Shown: positions 51,677-61,906, counted from the stretch's first letter. The stretch is DNA of 64,000 nucleotides from an uncultured Planctomycetaceae bacterium (GCA_963785305.1 CAWAUV010000008.1:992001-1056000), one strand, 5' to 3'. Notes: a model not told the origin generated them from the letters alone. Translations and numbers: made by a program.

Positions 51677-53116
51677 ATGAATCCCACGAACCGCGAGCTT
51701 CTCTTTTCTCGACGCGAGTTGCTACGGCGATCGGGCATGGGCTTCGCCTCGCTGGCCGCGGCGCAGCTGCTCGGCGCCGATACGAGGGCATGGGCCGTGG
51801 ATGTCGACCCCGATCATCCGCTCGCCGCGCGGCCGGCGCCGCTGCCGGCCAAGGCGAAGCATGTGATTCATATTTTCATGAATGGCGGCTGGTCGCAGGT
51901 CGACACCTTCGACCCCAAGCCGGCGCTGGCCCAATATGCCGGCAAGCCGCTGCCGACTCCCAATCTCAAGACCGAGCGGCCGACCGGCGCCGCCTTTCCC
52001 TCGCCCTTCAAATTCTCGAAATACGGCCAGAGCGGCATCGAGGTCAGCGAACTATTTCCGCATGTGGGCGAGTGCATCGACAACGTGGCGGTCGTGCGTT
52101 CGATGCATGCCGATGTGCCAAACCATGAGCCTTCGCTGCTTCTCATGAACTGCGGCGAGTCGCGCCTGCCGCGGCCGAGCCTGGGCAGTTGGCTCACCTA
52201 TGGCCTGGGCTCCGAGAATCAAAATCTACCCGGTTTCGTGGCCATGTGTCCGCACGGCTATCCGATTCAAGAATCGCAAAACTGGCAAGCCGGTTTCCTG
52301 CCGGGCATTTATCAAGGCACGTATGTCGACACCCAGCATACCGACATTGAAAAGCTGATCGCCAACATCAAGAACCATGTCGCCACTCCCGAGCAGCAGC
52401 GGCGGCAATTGGAGTTCGTGCAGCAGCTCAATTCGCGGCATCGCCTCGAGCGGCAGAACGACGCGGCGCTCGAGGCCCGCATCCAGTCGCTCGAGCTGGC
52501 CTACAAGATGCAAACCGAAGCGGCCGAGGCTTTTGATGTGACTCGCGAGCCGAAGCATATTCTCGATATGTACGGCCCTGGCGAGCAGGCGCGGCAGATT
52601 CTCATCGCGCGGCGATTGGTCGAGCGCGGGGTGCGGTTCGTGCAGCTATGGCATGGCGAGGGTCAGCCCTGGGATAGCCACGACGATATCGAAGTGAACC
52701 ATCGCCGGCTGGCCAAGCAATGCGATCAGGCGATCGGCGCCCTGCTGAAAGACCTCAAACAGCGCGGCTTGTTGGACGAGACCCTGGTCGTGATCGGCGG
52801 CGAGTTCGGGCGCACGCCGGTGGTCGAGCTCCCGAAGGCCGGCTCCAATGGCGGCAAGATCAACGGCCGCGACCACAACCACCACGGCTTCACGATGCTC
52901 TTGGCCGGCGGCGGAGTGCGCGGGGGCTACGTTCACGGGGCCACCGATGAGTTCGGCTTCCAAGCCGTCGAGAAGCGAGTGCATGTCCATGACCTGCACG
53001 CCACGATTCTGAAGCTCATGGGCTTCGACCACGAAAAATTCACCTTCCGCTACGCCGGCCGCGACTTCCGCCTGACCGACGTGCATGGGCAGATCGTGTC
53101 GGAGCTGATCGCCTGA
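51677..53116 (+). CDS. DUF1501 protein (Tat signal)
   Basis: SRRELL, AKHVIHIFMNGG.SQVDTFDPKP, ARRLVERGVRFVQ, GEFGRTP, GRDHN. Confidence 0.93.
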   Translation: MNPTNRELLFSRRELLRRSGMGFASLAAAQLLGADTRAWAVDVDPDHPLAARPAPLPAKAKHVIHIFMNGGWSQVDTFDPKPALAQYAGKPLPTPNLKTERPTGAAFPSPFKFSKYGQSGIEVSELFPHVGECIDNVAVVRSMHADVPNHEPSLLLMNCGESRLPRPSLGSWLTYGLGSENQNLPGFVAMCPHGYPIQESQNWQAGFLPGIYQGTYVDTQHTDIEKLIANIKNHVATPEQQRRQLEFVQQLNSRHRLERQNDAALEARIQSLELAYKMQTEAAEAFDVTREPKHILDMYGPGEQARQILIARRLVERGVRFVQLWHGEGQPWDSHDDIEVNHRRLAKQCDQAIGALLKDLKQRGLLDETLVVIGGEFGRTPVVELPKAGSNGGKINGRDHNHHGFTMLLAGGGVRGGYVHGATDEFGFQAVEKRVHVHDLHATILKLMGFDHEKFTFRYAGRDFRLTDVHGQIVSELIA

Positions 53117-53119
53117 AAA

Positions 53120-53170
53120 GAGCCCGAGGCGAAGCCGCGATGCTTATGCGCCGCGCTTCGCCCCGAGCTT
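53120..53170. terminator. Hairpin between convergent genes
   Basis: GAGCCCGAGGCGAAGC...GCTTCGCCCCGAGCTT imperfect stem. Confidence 0.45.
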
Positions 53171-53220
53171 GATTTAGCTGCTCGCGGCAGAATAGGCCGC
53201 TCGCGGTTGCAAGTCGCTAT

Positions 53221-54066
53221 TTATTTGGCCGCTTCCTTCGCGCCTTCGCCGCGAAGCGAAGCGAGCTCTTTTTCCATGCGATCCAATCGCTTCAGGATTT
53301 CATCGAGCTTGGAGTTGACCTCGCGGGCCGGATTTCCCTCGCCGCTCTGCGCCGTTCGACCGGCATTCGCGCGAATCCGCTCCATTTCGGCCCGCATTTT
53401 CTGAGCCATTGCTTCGTGCTCGGCCCGCATCTTTTGAGCCATGGATTCATTCGCTTCCCGGCCCGCCTTAACGCGGTCCATCTCGGCGCGAATTTTCTGG
53501 GCCCGAGCTTCGTTTTCTTCGCGGGCTTTCTTAATGGCATCGCATGCTGCTTGGAGCGACCGCTTCATTTCCGCCGGCAGCTTGTCGCCCTGCTCGGTGA
53601 TCGCCTTGAGCGAATCAGCATTGTTGCCATCAATGTGAAATTCTTGATGCTTGCCGTCGACATCGACCACGATCGTCATGGCGTGCCGCCTGGCGGCCTT
53701 ATCCGTTCGGCGAGACTTTTGAATTTGTTCACGTACCTCGGGCGGAAGCTTTTCGAGCACGTCTTGCGGCAGTTCGCCGCCCACTTCCGTGGCATGCACG
53801 CTTCCGTCGGGCGCCAGGGTGATGACTTCGCCGACTAAAATGGTCTCGAGCTTCACTCCGGGCTTGGCCCTCACCGCAGTCGACGATTCACTCTGGGCGG
53901 TCGAGCCCGACGCGGCGGTCGAGCCCGCAGCCAACGCATCGGTCGGAGCCGTGGCCGACGCGCTCGCGGCGGCCGGAACCGGCGCCTCTTCGGCAAAGCC
54001 GCCTTGCGGCGCGAAACCGAGCGCCAGGGCCGCGGCGACCAACACTTCAACGGGTCCAATTTTCAT
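53221..54066 (-). CDS. Secreted coiled-coil hypothetical protein
   Basis: RBS GGAGG, signal peptide, repeated AQK(I/M)RAE motifs. Confidence 0.75.
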   Translation of the reverse strand: MKIGPVEVLVAAALALGFAPQGGFAEEAPVPAAASASATAPTDALAAGSTAASGSTAQSESSTAVRAKPGVKLETILVGEVITLAPDGSVHATEVGGELPQDVLEKLPPEVREQIQKSRRTDKAARRHAMTIVVDVDGKHQEFHIDGNNADSLKAITEQGDKLPAEMKRSLQAACDAIKKAREENEARAQKIRAEMDRVKAGREANESMAQKMRAEHEAMAQKMRAEMERIRANAGRTAQSGEGNPAREVNSKLDEILKRLDRMEKELASLRGEGAKEAAK

Positions 54067-54162
54067 GGAAACATCCTCCCCAGTTAATGTTCGATTTCGA
54101 TACACGAAGCAGCAACGGCCATCCGCAAATATCGCGAACACAGGCATTGCCGACGAATCACA

Positions 54163-54825
54163 TCACCGCGGCTCAACCGCTCGGCGGTTTTCGCCGACGC
54201 CCGAATAGTGCATAACCGCTCGGCGGGTGGGCACAGCCCAGCGCGTGCCGTTCTTGGCGGTCACGATATAGAGCGTCGGCTCCTCTTCGACCTCGAAGCC
54301 TCGATCGGCCAGCAGTTCGCGATCAGCTTCGGCGATGATCGGAGCCGGTGAAAACGATTCATTGTCGTCGAGCGAGACACTAGGCTGCCGCGCGACCGCG
54401 TTGGAATCAATTGCTTCCGGCGCCGGCGAAATCGCGCCCGTCTCCGCGACGCCCCTCCGTTCAATGCCGGGCCGCTCGACGATGATCTTCGCGGTGACAG
54501 GACCGGCTAGTATCGTGTCGGGCTCGGGCGACGGTCGCCGGAGCGACGTTCCCGCAATACCGATCACGATGCCCGCCGCGAGCGCGCCGGCGGCCAGCGC
54601 CGCTTGGCGCCAAGCGCGCTTCGCGCCGGCCACGCGCGCCGGGGTCACACTCGCAAACTCGCGCAAGACGGCGACCACGCGCCGGTGTTCCGCCACGGCC
54701 AGCGTCGCCATGCGCCATGTCTCGGGCGCGAGTTCGCAACGGGTCAAAAAATCGCGTTCCTCGCCCGCGTCCATTTCTCCGCTGGCGAATCGCAGAATAT
54801 CGCGCTCGTCGATCGAGTCGATCAA
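54163..54825 (-). CDS. Putative transmembrane anti-sigma factor
   Basis: TTG start overlaps the sigma stop; ILRFASGEMD..EERDFL..CELAPETWR..TLA is a planctomycete anti-sigma-like N-terminus; one TM helix. Confidence 0.7.
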   Translation of the reverse strand: MIDSIDERDILRFASGEMDAGEERDFLTRCELAPETWRMATLAVAEHRRVVAVLREFASVTPARVAGAKRAWRQAALAAGALAAGIVIGIAGTSLRRPSPEPDTILAGPVTAKIIVERPGIERRGVAETGAISPAPEAIDSNAVARQPSVSLDDNESFSPAPIIAEADRELLADRGFEVEEEPTLYIVTAKNGTRWAVPTRRAVMHYSGVGENRRAVEPR

Positions 54826-55391
54826 GGGTCGTCTCCCTCCAGGCCGCGGGCTTCGAGCCGGCGGCGCAATCGTTTTCTGGCCTCGATCACTCGGTACTCG
54901 GCCACATGCTTCGTGCCGCCGATGCGCGAGCCGATCTCCTCGTAGGGCAGGCCTTGCACATATTTCCACACCAGGAGCCGCCGCGAGGGCTCATCCAAGG
55001 CGGCGAGCTCCTCGCGCACGATTTGCCGTCGCTCTTCGTCGAGCAGCCAAAAGATCGGATCGCCTGCGGAGGCTAGGCCGGTATCGCGCGATTCGCGAAA
55101 GCCGGCCAGTTTGCGCTCCCGGCGGACGCGGCTTCGCACCACGAGCGCGCATTGCCGCAACACGATCTTGCATAGCCAGGGCGCGACCTGCTCGATGCGA
55201 GTCGGCCGCGCGCTCGATCGCGCGATCGCCACCTGCACTTCTTGCAGCACATCGTCGAGCGGCTCGCCGCCGCCGGTGCGCACCGCCACCAGCCGGCCGA
55301 TCCACCCACGGCCGTCCTCGACCACGGTCGACCAGTCGATCGACTCCGCGGCGGTGTCTTTCAAGCTCGATTCGAGTGGCGGCATTCGCAT
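54822..55391 (-). CDS. ECF RNA polymerase sigma factor
   Basis: DDVLQEV, PWLCKIVLRQC (region 2); LVWKYVQGLPYEEIG..ARKRLR (region 4). Confidence 0.88.
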   Translation of the reverse strand: MRMPPLESSLKDTAAESIDWSTVVEDGRGWIGRLVAVRTGGGEPLDDVLQEVQVAIARSSARPTRIEQVAPWLCKIVLRQCALVVRSRVRRERKLAGFRESRDTGLASAGDPIFWLLDEERRQIVREELAALDEPSRRLLVWKYVQGLPYEEIGSRIGGTKHVAEYRVIEARKRLRRRLEARGLEGDDP

Positions 55392-55488
55392 GATCCCGAG
55401 CGCATCGTCGTGCCCCACCGGATTATTGCCGCACCGGGCCGGAGCCGGGAACAATTTTCCGAAAAAAGGGCGAGTGCGCCCGCGGGGC

Positions 55489-56481
55489 TCACCCGGCGCC
55501 AGGCTCCGGGGAATCCGACGGCGGCGTGAATTTCGCGGGCGCCGAGCGCCAGGTTCCATAAAACACCGCGGCGATCACCGCCTCCGACACGAGCGACACC
55601 AGCCGCGTGAGCAGTGCGGCCAGGGCCGCCGGCGCCGGGCCATATTCGGGCGCCATCAGTTGCGTGAGCACCAATTCCCGGCCGATGAGCCCGCCCGGAA
55701 TCATCGTGAGAAAACCGGTCACCGCGCCCAAGGCCACAGCGGCGGTGTGCAGCGGCCAATGAGTCGTCGGATTCGCGCTGCCGAGGTCGAGCGAGCGGAG
55801 CACTGCCCACAAGCTCAAGCCTTGCAACCACCACCCGAAGCCGGTCATGGCCCAGCCGAGAAGCAGTGTGTTCCCGCGAATCGAGCGCAGCGAGTCGAGG
55901 GCGGCGGGATGGAATCGCTTGAGGCCCAGCCGCACGGCGATCATGGCAAAGAGCGCTGGCTGAGCCGCCACTCCGGTGAGGCCCAGCATGGCGGTTCCCG
56001 CCAAGATCGCCTGAGGGTACTGCCGCGCCGAGGGCGCGAGCGCGACCACCGCCATGAGCGAGCCGGCGGCCATGGCGGTGAGTGTTTCGATGAAGGCGGC
56101 GGCGATGGAAATAGTCGCGTCGACGCCGCGTCCGGCGAGCAGCCCCGAACGCAGCACCAGCACCATGGCCTTGCCTGGCACATATTTGCCGATCTGCGAG
56201 ATATAAAACGCGCGGACCGCCGCCCAGCCCGCCGGTTGACCGCAGGCGACAAGCACGCGCGAGTAGAAAATAGCTCCGGGCGCCAGGCTGAACAGATAGA
56301 ACAATCCGGCCACGGCGAGCCAAGCGGGTTGCAAACGGGGCAAATGCTGGCGATAGTCGGGGTTTTCCAGATCGGCCAGCGCCCCGAGGAGCGTGACTCG
56401 CAGGGCGGCGATCAATGCCAGGAGCAAGGCCAGCTTGGCCAAGCGCGCGAGCCAGCGGCGAGTCCGAGGAGTAATATGCAC
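55489..56481 (-). CDS. Lysylphosphatidylglycerol-synthase TM / flippase-like membrane protein
   Basis: Multi-TM; SQIGKYVPGKA and IPGGLIGRE. Confidence 0.82.
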   Translation of the reverse strand: MHITPRTRRWLARLAKLALLLALIAALRVTLLGALADLENPDYRQHLPRLQPAWLAVAGLFYLFSLAPGAIFYSRVLVACGQPAGWAAVRAFYISQIGKYVPGKAMVLVLRSGLLAGRGVDATISIAAAFIETLTAMAAGSLMAVVALAPSARQYPQAILAGTAMLGLTGVAAQPALFAMIAVRLGLKRFHPAALDSLRSIRGNTLLLGWAMTGFGWWLQGLSLWAVLRSLDLGSANPTTHWPLHTAAVALGAVTGFLTMIPGGLIGRELVLTQLMAPEYGPAPAALAALLTRLVSLVSEAVIAAVFYGTWRSAPAKFTPPSDSPEPGAG

Positions 56482-56663
56482 GGCGGCCGCTCGGGTAGGT
56501 CGGGGGGAAATTCGCGAGCACGAAACGCGCCTTCAAGTATGTCATTCTCCTCGCGTTGCTCCTAGCCCGGCCGGGGCCTGCTACAATACTCCGGCCGGGA
56601 GCGATTCCTGATTCTCATCCAAGTGTAACCATCGGCCGAGCCCAGCCCTAGCGAGATTCCTCT

Positions 56664-57749
56664 ATGTCGCGAGTCGTGTCGTTTGTCGTGATTCTTGTAT
56701 CGGTGCTGCTCGCGACCACGGCCTTTGTGTGGGTGATGGCGCCGTTTCTGTTGCCGATGTTTCTAGCGGTGCTCCTCACGGTGATGTTTCGCCCGCTCCA
56801 AGTTTGGCTCACGACCAAGCTCGGCGGGCGGGACCGACTGGCCGCCGCGCTCACGACGACGGCGATCATCGTGATCGTGCTCGCGCCGCTGTTGCTGGTA
56901 ATCGCCCGCGCGGCGTCCGAGGGCTACAACCTGGCCAGCGAAATCGACAACGACGCCCTGCGCAAGGAAGGCGCCTTGCGCGCCGGCAGCGCGCTCGATC
57001 ACCTGCGCGAGCTGGGCGCCAAGATCGGGGTCGAAGTGCCCGAAAACGCGAGGATCGTGCAGTCGGCCGCCGAGACGCTCGAGTCGTGGCTCGCGCCGCG
57101 GCGCTCCGCACCACTCAGTTCATCGGCTCGGCCCTCGTCGGGCTGGGTGTCATGATCCTGTCGCTGTATTTCTTTCTGGTCGATGGTCCGGCGATGGTCT
57201 ACGCCGCCATGCGGTTGATGCCGCTCGATGTTCGCTACGAGCATCAACTGCTCGACGAGTTCGACCGCGTGAGCCGGGCCGTGGTATTGGGCACGCTTTC
57301 GGCGTCGGCCGCGCAAGGATTGCTCGCCTTTCCGGCGTTTTTGCTCGCGGGACTGCCCTCGGTGTTTCTGCTCACGGTGATGACGATGCTGCTCTCGTTG
57401 GTGCCGGTCGTGGGGGCGGCGGCGGTGTGGGGTGGCGCGGCGGCTTGGCTCTACTTCTATGATGATCGCCTCGCGGCGGCGATCGCGCTCATTGTCTGGG
57501 GCACCACCGTCGCCACCGTGGCCGATTATGTGGTCAAGCCTTATGTGCTGCATGGCCACTCGAATCTCCATCCGCTCTTGGCGCTCTTGAGCGTGCTGGG
57601 CGGAGTCGAGACCCTGGGGCCGATCGGTATCTTCGTGGGGCCGATGGTCGTCGCGTTTTTGCAAGCGCTGCTCAATATCTTGCGCACCGAGATCGAGGCG
57701 ATGGAGCCTCGCCCCGACAGCGCACCCGTCCGAGCCGAAAATGCCATGA
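56664..57749 (+). CDS. AI-2E family transporter (frameshift at ~57100)
   Basis: PFLLPMFLAVLL..MFRP, LYFFLVDG, PVVGAAAVW, LHPLLALLSVLGG...GPIGIFVGP. Confidence 0.85.
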
Positions 57750-58672
57750 CGGACCCTGAACCCCATCCGCCCGAAGCGGCATGCGCGGCGGGCCCCTCGC
57801 CGCCCCCCAGATCGCGGACCGGCCGGGTCATTCGCGCCGTGGGTCGTGCTCTTCGAATCGCGCTGCTCGTCTACCTTGGCATCTTGCTGCTCATGATGTT
57901 TTTCGAAAACTCGCTGCTGTTCTTTCCCAGCAAATATCCCGAGGGCGATTGGAACCCGCGGGGCATGACGGTCGAAGACGCGAACTTCGCCTCCGCCGAT
58001 GGCACGAAGCTCCACGGCTGGTTCGTGGAGAACGCCCATCCGCGAGCCGTGATCCTGTTTTCTCACGGCAACGGCGGCAATCTCTCCCACCGACAAGACA
58101 TCGTCCAAACCCTGAGCCAGCGGCTCGGCGCGTCGGTGCTCATTTACGATTACCGCGGCTATGGCCGCAGTGAAGGTTCGCCGACCGAGGCCGGCGTGCT
58201 GCAAGATGGGCGAGCCGCCCGACATTGGCTCGCCGCTCGCGCCAAGATTCCCGAGAGCCAGATCGTGCTCATGGGCGAATCGCTCGGCGGCGCGGTGGCG
58301 GTGGATCTGGCGCGCAACAGCGCGCGGGGCCTCATTCTCGATAGCACATTTTCCTCGCTGGCCGATGTGGCGGAATATCACTATCCCTGGGCGCCGGTGC
58401 GAATGCTGCTGCGCTCCGAATTCGACAATGTGCGTTCGATCGCCGAATATCATGGCCCGCTGCTAATGATTCATGGCGATCACGACCGCATCGTGCCAAT
58501 GCGGTTTGGCGAGCGGCTATTCGCGGCGGCCCATGAGCCGAAGCGGCTGGTGATTCTGCCTGGCGTGGACCACAACGATTTTCGCCCGCCGGCGGCGATT
58601 CGCGCGATCGATCAATTCCTCGGCGACCTTCCGCCCGTTCGAGGCGCCGAAACCGGCGAGCGATTGAACTAG
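57746..58672 (+). CDS. Membrane-anchored alpha/beta hydrolase (ABHD17/BEM46-like)
   Basis: ENSLLFFP, HGNGGN, DYRGYGRSEG, GESLGG, HGDHD; reads in frame with the upstream AI-2E C-terminus. Confidence 0.88.
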   Translation: MTDPEPHPPEAACAAGPSPPPRSRTGRVIRAVGRALRIALLVYLGILLLMMFFENSLLFFPSKYPEGDWNPRGMTVEDANFASADGTKLHGWFVENAHPRAVILFSHGNGGNLSHRQDIVQTLSQRLGASVLIYDYRGYGRSEGSPTEAGVLQDGRAARHWLAARAKIPESQIVLMGESLGGAVAVDLARNSARGLILDSTFSSLADVAEYHYPWAPVRMLLRSEFDNVRSIAEYHGPLLMIHGDHDRIVPMRFGERLFAAAHEPKRLVILPGVDHNDFRPPAAIRAIDQFLGDLPPVRGAETGERLN

Positions 58673-58765
58673 ATCGCGAGAATTTAGATCGCGCTCCGCC
58701 CGCTGCTTCGAGCGACTATTTTTCATTCCGCGGACATTGAATTCCTTCCAACGAGCGAGGCGACG

Positions 58766-60740
58766 ATGAACTCGGTCACCAATTTTTTTCGCGATTCGGC
58801 ATTGCTCTCGCTCTTGCTCTTTCTCGCGACGCCGGCGCGTGGCGAGACCCTCGTCGACGCCGATTTCGCCAAGGGCGATTTCGCGGCCCTCGGCTGGAAG
58901 GTCTCCGGGGATTGGGATCGATTTACGTATCCCGCCCGAGGCTCGCAATCCTGGCGTCGTGGCCCGCTTCGCCGCCAACAAGCCCGATGGCTTCTTGCTC
59001 AAGCAGTTCGAGCCGATCGCGAATCCGACACAGTTGACGCTCTCGCTCGACTATGGCTGGGGCTGGGGCGACGCGGGCCAGGGCGCCGACGCCGTGGGCT
59101 GCATGCTCCTCGATCGCCAGGGCGATGGTTATTTGTTCGAAGTGCATCGCACCCGCGCCAATTGGGCCGTGCAATGGACGCTCGTCACCCACCGGGTTCC
59201 GGCCGAGAAAAAAACTTGGGCCGACACCGAAATCGATGCCCAGCGGCCCTCGGTTCGCGATGGTGGCGGGCTCGGCCGACTCACGATTACCCGGGCCGCT
59301 GGCGGTGACTGGCGCATCGCAAGCAAGGACTGGAACCAAGGCGCCGGCGCTTCGGTCGCTTTTCACGACGCCACGACCCAGGAGTTCAGCGAGCTGGTGC
59401 TGCTGGGCACGCACAATTTCGACGAACAGGTCTTCGATCATGTGCGATTGGAAGCCGTGCCCCGGGGGCCGACCGTGGCCCGGCCGGCGAGCGAATTCTT
59501 GGACAGCCTGGGAATCGTGACCACGTTTCCCGACCGCGGCCAACCGCTCGCGCAAACGATCGACATGGTCAAGCACTGCGGCTTTCGTTGGGTGCGCGGA
59601 GGCATCGAGGGGCTCTCGACCAACGGTCCCACGACGCTCGAAACCTATCTCGAGCTGCATCGCAAGACCGGCGTTCGCTTTAGTTGGGGGCTCGTGAGCG
59701 GCGGGGTCGACCTCACGAAATTGCTCGAGACGGCCAGGGTGCTCGCCGAGGGCGGCGCTCTCTTGGCTTTGGAGGGCAACAACGAGCCGAACAACTGGGG
59801 CGTGGTATACGAGGGCGTCGTGGGCGGCGGACGGGCGCCGTCGTGGATGGCGGTCGCCAAATTGCAACGCGACATGTGCGCGGCGGCAAAACGCGACCCG
59901 CTCCTCAAGAGATTTCCGGTGTGGTCGATCAGCGAAGTTGGCGGCGAGACCGACAATGTCGGCCTCCAGTTCCTCACCATTCCGCCTGGCGCCGGGGCGC
60001 TATTGCCCGAGGGCACGCAGTTCGCCGACTTCGCGAACGTGCATAACTATATTTATCATCCCGGCTCGCCCGGCTTGGCGGACAACAAAACCTGGAACGC
60101 CGCCGATCCCACCTCCGCCTGCAAAGTCGATGGGCTCTATGGCAACTACGGCCGCACTTGGGCCAAGAAGTTTCGAGGCTATTCGGACACCGAGCTCGAA
60201 ACGCTCCCGCGCGTGACCACGGAAACCGGCTGCACGATCGGTGGCCCGATCACCGAGGAGATTCAGGCTCTGAACATCTTGAGCATGTATCTCGATCAGT
60301 TTGCCCGCGGCTGGCGGCATACTTCCGTGTATCTGCTGCGAGACCGCGTCGATGAAAGCGGCAACCAAACCTTCGGGCTCTATCGCCGCGACAACACGCC
60401 GCGCAAGGCCGCCACCTACCTCCACAACCTCACCACGATCCTGGCCGACTCCGAGCCGATCACGACGCGGGGCTCGCTCGATTACACGATCGCCGACCAG
60501 CCGGCCACGGTGCATGACCTGCTTTTGCAGCAAGGCGCCGGCCGCTATGCGCTCGTGGCGTGGGGCGAACGGCTCCAGGGCGTCGACAAAGTGACCGTGC
60601 GCCTGGGCCGCGCTTATGCGAAGATTCGCATCCACGACCCCACGCTGGGGACGGAGGAAGTGCGCACCGCCGACGCCGCCACATCGCTCGACCTCACCCT
60701 CGGCGACCACCCCGTGATCGTGCTGATCTCGGAGCGATGA
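58766..60740 (+). CDS. Secreted glycoside-hydrolase-like protein (clan GH-A-like; frameshift at ~58933)
   Basis: Signal peptide; EGNNEPNN (acid/base-like), ANVHNY, VTTETG (nucleophile-like); extra N-terminal beta-rich domain. Confidence 0.7.
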
Positions 60741-60856
60741 GGCGCCGCGGAAGCTCTCAAGTAGCGTCGCTTCGTTGGCGCAACGGTAGCGGCGGTCATC
60801 GCCGCGATTTCGGGACTATTTTTAGTGGGTTGACTGCGCCGATGACTGGTATAAGC

Positions 60857-60885
60857 TTGTGTCAGGTTAATCGCGAACTTACATT
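60857..60885 (+). promoter_or_regulatory. Putative sigma70 promoter for the hairpin-NYN unit
   Basis: TTGTGT-N17-TACATT; a second candidate TTGACT-N16-TAAGCT at 60830-60857. Confidence 0.45.
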
Positions 60886-60888
60886 CAT

Positions 60889-60946
60889 CCCCTGGCAGTA
60901 CGCCGCCCCACGAATTCGAGGGCTGGCCGAGCCCAGGGAATTTTTT
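60889..60946 (+). ncRNA. Candidate small structured RNA or leader upstream of the NYN nuclease
   Basis: Outer stem CCCTGG/CCAGGG, internal loop, inner stem GCCGCCC/GGGCTGGC, apical CGAATTCG, then AATTTTTT. Confidence 0.45.
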
Positions 60947-60954
60947 GTAGGAAG

Positions 60955-61634
60955 ACCGGGAAAACCGCATTTCTTGTCGACGGCGCGTTTTTTCTTGCTC
61001 GTCATCATAGGCTGACGGGGCGTGACGCCGCTCCCAAGGAGGTGGCAGGAAGCCTTCATGCCATCTGCTTCCAGCATCTCAGGAAGCTAAAGCGACATAA
61101 GCATTCGCTCTATCGAATATTTTACTACGACTGCCCGCCGCTCTTGAAGAAGGTGCATGCCCGCATGCCCCGGTCAGTAAGCAGTCGATCGATTTTTCAA
61201 AATCGTCCATCGCCATTTGGCGTCTTTCGTTTTTCGACGAATTGAAAAAGCTTAGGAAGGTCGCGCTCCGGCTCGGTCACCTTGACGAACGAAATGGCCG
61301 GTGGGTACTCCACGAACGCCCGCTCAAGGATTTGCTCAACAACAAAATCGCGTTCTCGGACTTAACGCTTGCGCACTTCAAGTACGATGTTCGCCAAAAG
61401 GGCGTTGATATGCGAATCGGGTTGGATATTGCCTCCCTGGCGTATAAGAAGCAGGTTGACCAAATCGTCTTGATTTCTGGCGACAGCGATTTTATATCTG
61501 CCGCGAAACTGGCTCGCCGCGAGGGAATCGATTTTATTCTTGATCCGATGTGGCATCCCATCCACGAAGACCTGCACGAACATATTGACGGCTTGCAGAG
61601 CGTAATTCAAAGGGAATCCCCGAAATCGCTGTAG
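60955..61634 (+). pseudogene. NYN (PIN-like, LabA/DUF88) ribonuclease, disrupted
   Basis: KTAFLVDGAFF, RIFYYDCPP, QKGVDMRIGLDIA, LISGDSDF, ARREGIDFILDPM; 8-bp duplication at 61155-61170; no canonical start found. Confidence 0.85.
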
Positions 61635-61906
61635 CCACTACATCGGCATTCGTAATCTCTCCACGTGCCCAGGCGCTTCCGATCAACGATTCCGCCCGAT
61701 ATGAGTGAGCCCGAAACAATTCCGCGAGGGCTGCGTCTTGTCGGATTTTTCAGGCGAGGCTGCCGCGGCTGCCGATTGGGAAGAAGCCGGTGGCGAAAGG
61801 GGGCGACGCGAAGTACATTGAAGAATTCCGCCTCGAACAGCCGGCGCGTTGAATCGGTTTTCCAGCCGGAGTTTTCTTCTTTCCACCCAGCGAACCTTTG
61901 CCCCCC

